A stretch of DNA of 60,067 nucleotides, filler included, from Perkinsus olseni (taxonomy: Eukaryota): the NCBI GenBank assembly GCA_013115125.1. It is 4 parts of 4 records of this genome, joined end to end, with 100 filler letters (N's around TTAATTAATTAA, not from the genome) between each part and the next. Parts side by side here need not be neighbours in the genome. Positions count along the whole stretch, not along the records: positions 1 to 14,984 come from JABANN010000712.1; 3 more parts are not named here. The stretch is one strand, 5' to 3'. Positions 1 to 11,600 of this stretch are shown here, in pieces. Position 1 is the first letter of the stretch; each line of letters starts with the position of its first letter. The notes under the pieces were generated by a model, which was not told the origin of the DNA, ran no database searches, and saw nothing but the letters and a program-made list of their open reading frames with translations. The position numbers were made by a program, and so were the translations under genes.

Positions 1-400
1 CTCAAACACGTAGTATGTGCTGAATTAGACTGATTTTTGTGATTTGCATATCGAATTGGAACACCCTGTATAAAGAGAAGATACCGGCTTCCAGTTTCTA
101 TAATGTTGAGCCGGCCGAGCAGAGCTTCTCAGCGTTCATGGGCCATGCAGAGAGAAGTAGCCCTCCGCCACTGAGATAGTGCCTTGTACGAGTTAACTGG
201 GTTTTTACTGTAGCTACCGGGTCTTGGAGATTCCCGTTTAATTGCTACACCAGACCTCACCGCGTCGTAAAAGCACAGAGAAAGGATCCAATCAAAAATA
301 TTTTCCAATGACTATGGCATATCCGAAAACAGACTGTCGTTGTTTGATTCTGGTGAGCAGAAATCTCAAACCCATCGACGTGGACGTTCCCTTCTCTCAC

Positions 401-2188
401 GTAAGGACTGCAGGTCGCCGCTCTCTGAAACACTCCCCCACCTCCCTTCTTCGGCAAATCTTCAGCCTTGTACACCTTCAAGCAACAAATCCACAGCACC
501 GACCGTCGCCACAGCGCCAAAAATCACGTTAAAATTGAGCATGACCAGATTGAACTTGGAGTCGGGTGTCTGCAGTACCCTCTCAGTGATGGAGCTCACC
601 GCTTCATCCTCATCCGATACTAGACGGAATCCGCTAGGCACCTCGAGAGCAGTAAAGATCGTTATGATAATCACGCCCATACGACTTTTAAAACCACAGT
701 GCACGTACTGATATACATTCAGCCCCATCGAAAACAGGGCGGTCAGATTCCCATGTCTTGGGCATTCCTCTGGCCTATTTTCAACACACCGGCACTCGAT
801 GGGCTCGATTCCATGGCAGTTTGTGCGAGCTTATAGCCCAACGCTTACGGTTCCGGCTTAAACTCTCACCGATGTGCTCACTCGGGGAGTCTCTATAGCG
901 TTGAAATGCAGTGCGATCAGACAGTTCAGACAAAAGCTTTCCTGCGACCGTCAGTCCGCATCACTACATCGTCTCCCGGTCCATAGATACCAACGCTAAC
1001 ATTGACATATCCCCGCACATCACCGGGCTTCTCAGGGAAGGTCAGCGGCATCCACTGTCGCAACAGAGTATGGCGCACCAAGGAGTACCTCCATCACCAA
1101 TGACAACACCAACCACCTCCCCAAACAGCGCTCACACTCTGCTGAACCCAAACGTGCAGGCCCCAATCAGCTCGTCCTTCCGAATGGCGTTACGGTGCCA
1201 ACATTCCAGAGTTATCTGAGATGTGGGCACGTGCTGTTCCGATGGCTCACCGTCGACGAGTCGCCATCAACGCTCACGCAGGGCGTTCAATAGTCTGCTG
1301 CCCCTCCCTCATTTCAGCAGGCTTCCAGTATTTAATTCAACGTGTGAAAGACGATCCCTGGAGCGCTCTCGAAGCTCGGGAGAGGAAGTCTGTTGAACGC
1401 CCGGGCATTTTTCAAAAACCAAACCAAAGTTTACCCAACATAAGTCGGACAATGAAAAGGTCGAAGTACAAAACTCCGACAGTGGATGACTCCGTTAGGC
1501 TGTCTGATTTTACTCTCTTACCAGTGACGGTTTTAATTCGAATTCAAAATGCCACAGAAGGGGCTCAGCTATCTTTCCTCCCCTACAACTAGGAGACGAG
1601 GAACTCAAGGAGCTTCCACCGACAGTGGGCTATTCTGCTGCCGTCCCAGCGGTCATACCGCAACAAGGTGATGACAGAGATAATCATGAACAAAGGAATC
1701 GTATTTCAGATGACGATCATGAGTATCCGAGGTCAAGATGAAGGCAACTTTCCAGAGAAGACGCTCACTCCTACGCCAAGACGAGCTCGATGGGAATGCA
1801 CCTCAATAGATTGATCAGTACATGCTACAGTAATAAGCCACGTATTTCTACTCCAAGACCGCCAGCTCGCACGCAGTGAGCCGACCACTGCATGGCTACA
1901 GCCATAATCATGGTAAATTATTTTCACTGTGCGAGGGGAAGGCCGCCGCCTACCTTAGATCGTTTAAACTCAGCCTTAGCCAGGCTGCCATCGAACAGAA
2001 AGAAGCAGTTGAACGAGCAGCTAGCAGAAGCATTCTGGGAACTCGTCTTCTTTTCAACATCCCCTTCCTCTCCCGGGTAATCCACTATGACCTTCAAGTA
2101 CCTGCTCGACTCACTACATCACCGTCGTCTCGCCAATATTACGGATTTGGGAGCTCAGTGCTTCCCTCTGGCCTCCTAAGGGCGTATA
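401..2188 (-). CDS. Ferlin-family multi-C2-domain protein, partial and multi-exon. The 3' part runs off the contig; the 5' boundary is uncertain, with candidate upstream exons to about 3900.
   Basis: Manual splicing gives YALRRPEGSTELPNP|YLKVIVDYPGEEGDVEKKTSSQNASASCSFNCFFLFDGSLAKAEFKRSK|ITLECWHRNAIRKDELIGACTFGFSR|VYSLVRHTLLRQWMPLTFPEKPGDVRGYVNVSVGIYGPGDD...DEDEAVSSITERVLQTPDSKFNLVMLNFN|VYKAEDLPKKGGGGVFQRAATCSPY. This is a C2 domain, a FerI-like linker and the start of the next C2, as in ferlins. Introns are GT-AG. Confidence 0.8.
822..924 (-). mobile_element. Short retroposon (SINE or LINE 3' tail) family, copy A, diverged, in a ferlin intron
   Basis: Aligns by eye with 6975-7090, 16287-16400 and 22394-22556 (shared ccaacgcttacggttccggctta...gatgtgctca...tagcgttga.atgcagtgc.atcagacag). 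Confidence 0.7.
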
Positions 2189-5100
2189 CTGAGTGAATGT
2201 CAACTTTTATTTTCCATTCCGTTCGACCCATCTCATAGGAAACTTCTACTGCTGCTGCAGCAGCAGAGGCAGTCCGAACGAGAACGTCCTTCCTTCACAG
2301 AGCAGCTCATCAGCATTTTCCTCTTGCTATTCCGATTTCTTCACCGTTGAAGCCTTTCTGCAGAAAATCTTCGCCGCGTAAGGGGAAATCAGTTTTGGGT
2401 GAAGATTTTATAGCACACCGTTAACTTAGGTACCGAGATACGATACGGGAAGATGAGAGTCCCGAAGTAAAGGCATTGGTCTGGGTAGCCTCCCCACACA
2501 AATTTTGTTCCTTCGCAAGAACCAGGAGTAACGGTTGTGAGGATGGTGCCCATTACATAACGACTTTTTTCCTTCTCGGCGACTAAACTGCTCAAATTTT
2601 TTCCCTTTGAAAAAATTTGTTGGCGCTTATGAGTTTCCGTAGCTAATAACCACGTCTTCCCAACCCGACCCAACGTCCCTCGAAAATGGGGACCCTTCCG
2701 ATTAACAATTAACTCACGCAAGTTGATAGTACTCGTTCGAGCGATGTTTAGTTTATCCAGAAGAGGAGAGGTGTTAAGTCTACATTGTGTGGTGGTGGTG
2801 GTCTTATTATATACAAGCATGAGGATCGGAGGAAATACGAAAAGAAGCAATGCTCACCGGCGGGTAGCGAAAGCCAATAACGATAACAAGCAGCAGCCCG
2901 CGTGATGGCGATCACGATAATTCTCCTCGACGACGGATCCTTCGGTTTTAGTACGTTATTGGTATAATACAAATCACAGCCGAACCGCACTCTTCGCTTC
3001 ACGCCTCTCGCGACACCGTCGTTTCCGGTGACCGCCACCATCAGCCGACTCCAACTCCCTCAGGTAGTCTACTATCTGAGGGTTGTCAATATGCAGCCTT
3101 CGCTTAACCCTGGCCGCATGCGACTTCTCATCCTCTTTCAGCTGCTTTTGAGTGCGATAAATAGCGTTGTCGCGCCAATCAGGCACCGGGGAACGGGCCC
3201 TAGGCGTTGGACAAAATCGACACGGTGGCCCGGCCGAATACCTGACGATATAGGACCTTCCGGCTACTTCCCCCGATGGAGAGCATTGCATCATGCAACA
3301 AGCGCCACTTTCGATGGAAAGCAGCCCAATCCCGCAGTATAGAAGAAAGTGCATCGGGTGGTGAAAAGACTGCTTCTAAAGTCTTAAAAATGCTTCCCCG
3401 GTTCGTCGTTTTACGTAAAAGCCACGGTCACGTCAAAACGTATCTGACGTTGGATTCAATCCTAGGAGCGCTTCTGAACTTAAATAAAGGTCCCCTACGG
3501 TTTTCACCCACTACCAGAACTGAGCCCGCCATCTGCCTCAGCCACCCACGATAGCCCTGTGGTTGTTATTACTGATAGCTTCCCAAGGACCCAGGGGTCC
3601 CTTGAAAATATTCCACCTTATTCCGCATCCACAGCGACGAGCTATTGTGGAAGCGTTCTTTCCACTCGACATGGTCTTTGAATTTCTTCGAGTCCCTAGT
3701 GACACCCCGAGCCAGGAGGACCGCTCCCCGGTCACTCTTAGAGGCCAGCGGGAGGGCACCAGCTGCGGTGCCGGCGGTAGTAGTAGACGATGCAGCATCC
3801 TGGGTGGGGGCCTCCGTGGAGACGCTGAGTAGGCCACTGGACTTACGACAAGTCGACTCTCGGAGAAGAAGCTTTGAATCCATACAAAAGCGATGAGTCA
3901 ACTATACACGAGCTCACTGTGGTTCTTCCCCCGTTCAACAAACTGATTCGGAAACTCAGAATCGATTCTGGAATTAATTTTTACTCGGTAATTTGAGTTT
4001 AAATTCCGGAATTGGTTGATTAAACACCTTTTGAGAGGGTTCAACCGGGAAAATTGTCAAGGGCAGAGGGGCTACCTGACTGGGGACGGCCTGCGTGACT
4101 TGGATCTGGGAGACACGAGAATGCCGTCTCAATGGGATTTACGAAAGGGGTGGTACGAAGCGGGTGCTGTAGGAAAGATGACAGACTCTTACTTCGCAGT
4201 GGCGTTGATGGTAGTTGATGGGCTGGGGTCCAGCGATCACTTCAAAGGGAAAAGCGAGGACGATTTGCTCTCTTTACGGTATTGCAAAATGCACGAAAAA
4301 ATCTCTTTGTGACCAATATAAACCGACTGCGACTAAAGCGAGCTGTCCACTAATTGGCCCGACGGTTCCACCCGAGTACTCTGTGACACAGAGCGTCGCC
4401 CTCTCTTCTCTAGTAAGAGGTTAACTAGCAGTAGGACTCCTGTGACGGTGACGGTGACGACACGCTAATGCTATGACGCGACGATCTAGTTCGCGCGTCT
4501 GGCTTGTCAAGCACCGACTCAAAGCTGCTGTTTCTTCGAAGGGAGTATGCTGGGTCAACTTCGTAGCGGCCACCAGCGCATCATACTAGCTTTAAGATTA
4601 GATACTAGATCGAATCTCTGTCCTCGCGCCACGATCCCGCCCTGCACGCCGACGTTTTGGCCTGTCCCATGACTTGCACTATAACTCAGTGAAGTGTGGC
4701 TACTTGAGACGGGGCTCAAAGAAAGGTAAAACCGGACTCGAGAGGAGTTCGGGAAAACTGATCTAGTTGGTGGATCTATGGTGAACGTACGCTCCATAGC
4801 ATGAGGAGGAACGCACGCGATCACTGGGACGAACGTACGTACCACGAGCAAAGGCGAACAAAGAGCAAGGTGGGTACGTAGCAGCAATGAAGGTAGTTAT
4901 CACTATAGTGCAGACTGCTTCGGATGATACGCTTTCCTATTAAGACGTTAATGAACGAAAGAACAGCAACGGTTCGCTCGCATTTAACTTGCTACGTCGG
5001 TCCGATACGAAGCCTATATGATCTCCCCTCGGAGGGACGCTTCTTGACAGGTCTTTCTGACCCGGTTCCGAGTCACTGAACTCATACGCACTAACCGAAA

Positions 5101-5816
5101 CCCGCTTCGCAAGTGACAAGGGCGCGTTCGGAGATAGCTAAGTGAGGCTAGCGTGTGTTCCGGCTGGACAGGGTCCAGCGTGCTATCCTTGTTACAGGGA
5201 TGGCAGGCATCGAGACCGACCGAGCACACAACTCCCGTACAGGACGTGCTTAGCCTTGGCCTTAACAGCCACAGTTATTTTGGTCTTTTCCCAGAGACTC
5301 AATACGTCAAAATATAGTGAGGCTTGTGAGCTAGCTAAAAGCCAAAATACGAATGGAGTTCCTCCGGGAGAAAGCGTGCGGACTTGCACGACAGTGCAGT
5401 CAGCAGAACTCGAGACGAATGACTCCGATGAAGACGGGCAGACTTAACTGCCCGTGGCCCTCTCACGTACATTACCCTGCACTCATCTTGAACGTGAAGT
5501 CTGCTTGCTGTACTTGCGGTATTAAGGCCGTGTTAGCGACCAACGGATTGAGAGCACAACACTCTAGTCCCATCGTCTGGAATCCGATCTGTCATCTTCT
5601 TATCATCAGCGCTTCAGCTCAGCTTCAGCGTAGCTCCTTATCCAAGCAAGATAGGTTCAGTGGGATAATCTCCACAAGCGCCTCCGCCGGAGATGATCTT
5701 TGTTACAGCACACCCTGCTGATGACGAACAGCTCCCGAGATGAACTTGCCGAAGAAAGGCAGTACTTTTTCAACTCGGTACGTCGTATACGAACGAAACT
5801 AGCTGAAACGGATTAC

Positions 5817-8167
5817 TCATGTGCCACCACCAGAGAACGCTTCACTGTGCAATTTTGCCAGCGTCTCTTGCTCAGGCTCCACGTCTATCAATATACTCGC
5901 CCCCGTTGGGTTGAGGGGGTCGGGGAACTCTAGGCGACTCAGTTGCATGTGAGGGAACCCTTCGTTGTTCCTGACGATATCGAGTCCCCCTTCTGCGAAA
6001 TGTGCCTGAAGGGTTAGCAGCTCAGGGACGGCCAAGAACGATAACGCTTGATAATGGTAAAGGAGAGTGCCTTTGAGTCTATCCGTGAGTGACACGAGAA
6101 TAATATGAACGACACGCGAACACAAAATCAAGTATATGCCGTCCATAGCATAGCACGTTAGGTAAATAAATGGAAACCCAGGTGGTTAGCCTGAAGGACA
6201 GTCGTTCGCAAAGCGGCCAGAAAATGAGTCGTTCGAGTCGTCAAAAAGCCAAACTTGACTCGATAAAACGACGGAGATGAGAAGCGGGACAGAACCCCGG
6301 ACGGTATTCCTCTACGTAATCTTGTCTCAATTTTGTTAGCCAATCAAAATACTTCTGCCGCCGTATTGAGAACGAATCTTCGAGTTACCGTCTCATCATT
6401 CCAGACGACTTAATCGTACTGAGATCGCTGTCAAAGTTTCCGTATCGCAGAGCTCGGAGAATGGGCCCTCCACCCTCACTGCAACAAAGGCCGCGAGTAT
6501 CTCACCATGATGTAGCCAGGCTTCGACGGCGTGGCCATAACCTCATACAACAACAACCCGCCGGCACCGACCTCTACCAGTCTGAACTCGGTCCCAACGC
6601 TGGAGTCAGTCGGCGACGAGCATTCCACCTGGGAGGCAATGGCCTCGCGCTAGGTTGAAGATGCCTGCTCACCGATTGCCATTGTTGGTCATCTTTGGAC
6701 CACCGCATGCATGACTCGACCAGCCCGTAGTCGAGGGGCCGGCCGTCGTCGGTGAAGAAGGCGTTGGAGGGACGCGCTTGGGTGGGACGAGCTAGCAAGC
6801 GGTAAGTCTGGCGCAGGGAGTACCTGGTAGGGACCAGAAACTGGACGGGACGAAACTGGAGATGAAGATCATCGAAAAGGGGTAGTTGTCGGATGAACTC
6901 TTCCCGACTCGTCCTCGAAGACCAGAGCAGCAGCAGCAGCGGCAGCACAGACCGCGACGTTGCTGTATTCGCCCTGTGTGTGTGAGTTTACAGGCCAACG
7001 TCGGTCCCGGCTTAATTTGACTGGAAGCCAATGTGCTCTGTTGACGACTTTCTGCAGCGTTGACATGCAGTGCAGTCAGATAGATCGTCAAGACGCTTTG
7101 CTCTGCTTCCTCACGCTAGCCTTCATGTTATCGAGAAGGGGCGGCGGTCAGGCTGTACGTGCGCTCCTATCGACCGCCACCTGCTGTTCACAGCGACACC
7201 CCGGACGTACTCTCGGTAATGAGTTTTGAACTGCCGTGAGATGCTCTTGTCCAAGCACACCACACAGAGGCCCGAAACACCAACGTCAACATTGACCGGG
7301 AAGTGCCTGAAAATCGTCAGAAGTCATCAGCAGCGATTGTGGAGTGATTCCCCCACTCACAGTTTGCCATCCCTGAGCCTGTCGGCTGGCTGGCTTATTT
7401 CATCCGGCAATGGAAGATCACGTTTGATACGGTCGAGTTCCTCACTGTGACTAGACTGGGCATCATTGCCTCGATCGGGATCGTCGGGAGCCAAACATGG
7501 GGTAACTATCAGAAGCACACGACGAGAATGGCCTCCATTTGCCAGACCGATCCCTATTGAAATAAGATATTCTCGTGCTAGTCCGACTGTTTACGGCCTT
7601 AGACTTGAACTCCCATACACACGCCATCGAGAGGTGCTTATCGAGAGCACTCCTCCGCGGAGGAGAATAGGGTAACTCCAAGCCCATCAGCCCTGCCTTA
7701 AATCCGATTGGCTACGATGATCCGAGCGGCACAGTCCAATTGACGCACACACGGTCAAAGTCCTATGCGGTCGCTAGGGAACGAGGGGCGAAGTGAAAAA
7801 CGCGAAAATCGCGATGCCACTAGTGTTTTCCACATCACGGGTCGAACTCCATTGTTTTCGGCAAATTATCATACTTTAGTATTAAGACTGGTATATGATA
7901 AGTTTATCCTGAATAAAGAATAGGGTTGTAGACTAACGATGATGTTTTGGATGAAGATACTAATACGACAGCTGGCCTACAGGTCGTTGCTAGTGAGGGC
8001 CTGTCCAGCGTCTTCCCGTCACCCCTCAAGGACCACCCAGAGGGCTTGTACACGACACAGTAACGATCATCCCAGGAGTTGAAGACAACCCTCGGCAGCA
8101 AAGACGTATGCTTTGGCACGGGTACCCGAGACGAGAGGCGGCACGCAGTAAGTGAAAACAAGAACAT
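5817..8167 (-). CDS. RluA/RPUSD-family pseudouridine synthase-like protein, multi-exon, with divergent catalytic motifs
   Basis: Spliced reading: MFLFSLTACRLSSRVP...YCVVYKPSGWSL...KL|HFPVNVDVGVSGLCVVCLDKSISRQFKTHYRE|YSLRQTYRLLA...TEFRLVEVGAGGLLLYEVMATPSKPGYIM|AHFAEGGLDIV...PHMQLSRLEFPDP...GGGT*. Motif order matches RluA (VxKPxG; HRLDxxTSG; KxYxA; GRTHQIR; HPIVGD; LHAxxLxFxHP). Confidence 0.7.
6975..7090 (-). mobile_element. Short retroposon family, copy B, in an intron of the RluA-like gene
   Basis: (TG)5 followed by agtttacaggccaacg...ggcttaatttgactggaagcc...agcgttgacatgcagtgcagtcaga; homologous to copies A, C and D. Confidence 0.75.
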
Positions 8168-8310
8168 CTCTACCGTCAGAAGACGTTGACGAAGGCGCTG
8201 CTGTGCTCTCGAGACAAACGAAGGGTGCCACCGCGACGGTTTGCCACCGCTGTTATAGAGTTATTGTTGGCTATGGAAATTACGTAACTCTTACGGAAGG
8301 TCTCGAAAAC

Positions 8311-8379
8311 CGGCTTTGAGACTAACTGAGGCAGTAGTAGCGGCCCGCTACAGACTTTGAACTATAGAATCACACACAC
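8311..8379 (+). mobile_element. Diverged relative of the short retroposon family (3' tail only)
   Basis: cggctttgagactaactgaggcag ... gaactatagaatcacacacac resembles copy D cggcttcgagtctaactaagccag ... ggactataaactcacacgcac. Confidence 0.5.
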
Positions 8380-8402
8380 GCAACTTCTGCCGCGTCCGGT
8401 TC

Positions 8403-8454
8403 AGTTATGAACCGGACGAGTTATGAAGTTATGAAGTTATGAAGTTCAGTTATG
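8403..8454. repeat. Short tandem repeat (AGTTATGA)n
   Basis: About 5 copies of agttatga, partly interrupted. Confidence 0.7.
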
Positions 8455-8616
8455 CTCCTCCATCTGAAGAAGCGGTGAGATCCGCACATTTATGAACGAG
8501 GGGGTCACGCCTGTTAATACCTCGAGAACCCCTGTATGGCTTGACGAAGGCCAGCGGCCCGATACCACATTTTGCGCAACTCCCGCCGTACTAGCGAACG
8601 CAAAGCCGCGCTGCAG

Positions 8617-11600
8617 TGTGACAACGCAAGTGCGAGGAGTAGATGGGTGAGTGGTAATAACATTAGAGAGATAATGAAGGGAACTACAGCTTACGCAGCG
8701 TAACACAATGATATAGACAACAGGTCCTTAATGGAAGTCATCTCTGATGAACAGATTACCGATCAATCGGGCGAGCGCTATATCGCATCTCCCCTCCTTC
8801 GAAAGAAGATGCTCATAACAGCTTAAGATTGACGGTATGAACAGTTACAGGCTTGTTGTCTTTGTCACCGTCCTTGATAACTTCAACTCTGTTAGTTCCA
8901 ATATGTTGAACTACTCTCGCAGGAACCCACCTGCGTTGGAGCTTCGGAACAGTACCAGTAACACGTACTAGCACATCAAGCCCTGGCTTCAGCTTCCTTG
9001 AAGACGGGCTCTTAAATACCGACTGTAAGTAATTGTAAGATTCGTGGCATTCAATTGGTACTTCAGGTCTTATGCTCGGCTTAAATCTGAAGACCATCTC
9101 ATGAGGACTAACACCTCCCCTTCTTGACGATGGTGTTATATTATATTGATGAGCTGCTTCCTTTGCATACTGCATGAACGTATCGGCTGTCATTGTTATA
9201 TTGGCATTATGAGCTCTCAAGTATTCGTTTAAATATCTATGCCACCTTTCTATTTTACCATTGGCAAAACTAGCATTGATTGGAGTTACGATATGCGCCA
9301 CATTCCATTGCTCTAAAGCACTCTCCATTTCTTTACTCACAAACTGACTCCCATTATCACTATGTAAGATCAATGGCCTACGGTGGAACGTTTCGAAGAT
9401 TAACGTTAGGAAATCCTTGACGTTAGTCGACGTAGGAGCATTCATGCTAGGTCTTATCGACACGTAGTTTGAATGACTATCGATCGCCGTTATTGCATAA
9501 TATCGACTGGTTCCATCTGACAATTGGCGATATGGTCCACATATATCGATATGAAGTCTGTCCCAGCACTTAGGAGCTGGGGTTATTGAGTGTAACGGCA
9601 CTAACGGTTTCCGATCATTCGGGAATGCTTTCGCTGACGAGCATGTGCTGCACTTGAAATTATTACATTCTGATGCTAATCCGGGCATGTTTACCCATGT
9701 TTTCAGTTTTGCGAACTGTGCCGCACGACCTTCGTGATTGTGTGTTAATATCAACAATTTCTGTGCTCTAGATCGTGGAATATCGACTTTACCGCTTACT
9801 ATGGGGAATTCTTTTAACCATTCTTTTAGCATGGCTGACTTTTCTTTTCTAGCGCCAATGATTTGAATAGGCAGCGCGATATCTTCATCCTCGTTTTCCT
9901 GCTCAACAGCATGTATCACCTTATTAAATTGCACTAGTAACTCTTTTGGTATTCTCGATGGTATATCAGCCTTATTTTGTTGCGACGATACGTAATGAAC
10001 AACTAATGATATGTTGTATGTCAACTTTATATCTTCTATCAGTTGTAGCCGGCCTTCAATTGCGTTTCGGCATATCCCCTTTATATGTCTCCAGTTTCTC
10101 TCATCTGGTCGCGTCAGCCAGTGTTTGACTGAAATATTATCAACGTACAAGTGAATTGTTTTTGATTTTATATTGTATGCTCTCATGTAATCTATTGCTA
10201 ACTCGAGTCCTCTCAGGACTCCTTCGGTTTCGGCTACATTTATATGCCTCTTGCATCCTTCCTTTCTCAACCAGGCTCTGTCCTCTACCTCCTGATTTTG
10301 GAAGCAGAGAACTGCCGCTATTCCGTATGATGATGAATCGGTATACAACTGCCATTCCTGATCTGGCTGTATTCGCCATTGTCCATGGCATGGATCATTT
10401 TCTTTGATGTATGATGCAACATGTTTCCACAATTCTTGAACTTGATTTGGTAAATCATAGTCATACTGTGGATGATCCTTTGGTTTCGCTGCTGCGCTGA
10501 CACGAGTTAACATAGCCGCTACCAACCGCAACCATGAAGCGACGGGATAGACAGTCACTAACTTCCCAACGATTGACGCAAGCTCCGAGCGAGTCTTCGG
10601 AACCGTGTTCAACTCCTTCTCTATTGACTTTCCTCTCGTCCAGCGTCCGTCTTCCTCGACATGAATTCCTAGTAATGTCGATCCGGCCACGCGTTGAGGT
10701 GGTTTTGTATTGAATGAATTTTTTGACAATGATGACTGAACCTTTTCTAAATCATCTTCCGCGACTAGTATATCATCGACGTATTTCTTCGCTGGTTTAT
10801 TCGTTTCTGTTTCGTCTAATATCGTTGTAACGGCTTCGTCTAGGGCTTTGCCTGACACATTCAGACCGAAGCCTGCTCTCGTCATTTTATACGTTTGCTT
10901 ATCCTCTGGCAAATGTACGAATCTACAGCATTGGTATAATTGTTGTTCTGGTATTACATGTAGTTGCATATACGCATGCTTTATATCGACGATGAAGCTA
11001 TGTTCAGGATCGTATGTACGCCATGTTCTGATCACTTCTGTTGCTGATGTTGGCTTTCCTTTCGAGTTAGGCATAGATTCTATTCTTTGGTTTAACCACG
11101 TATAATCTAGACAGACTCTCACGGGTGTACTACGCCCTAACGATACGACAGGAAGGGTTGTAATCCAGCCTTTAACATCTCTAGGTTCTACTGGTTCAAA
11201 GTAGCCTCTACTGATCATATCCTCTATCGATTTATGGTATAATTCCAACTCTGCGCTTGATAATTTCTGTATTGCTCCTGGATAATATGGCGGTTTGTAG
11301 ACAACTGATTCCGGTTTACTCTGCCATTTCCATTGCACTTCCCATCTGTAGCTATCAGGGCCTATTTCCTTCCGCTTCACTATCAGATCTGGTTGATCTA
11401 TTACTAATTCTTTTCCTTTGTCATGATGCACTATATTAGACGACGATGAAGATCTTCTACGCTTCGCAATACTCAAGTCATTGCGTTCTGGTGATACTTC
11501 GTCAGTTGATTTCTTATCCTGTGGTACCACAATTCCAAGATTTATTGCGTGGGGTTTACGTTCTCGATTCTTTCTATCATTATCGTCATTTATCGATAGC

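Noticed and set aside
4441-4915. Possible solo LTR starting TGTGAC, followed by a PBS-like tagtgcagac
   Set aside because: No CA terminus, no TSD and no second copy in the window; too weak to call.
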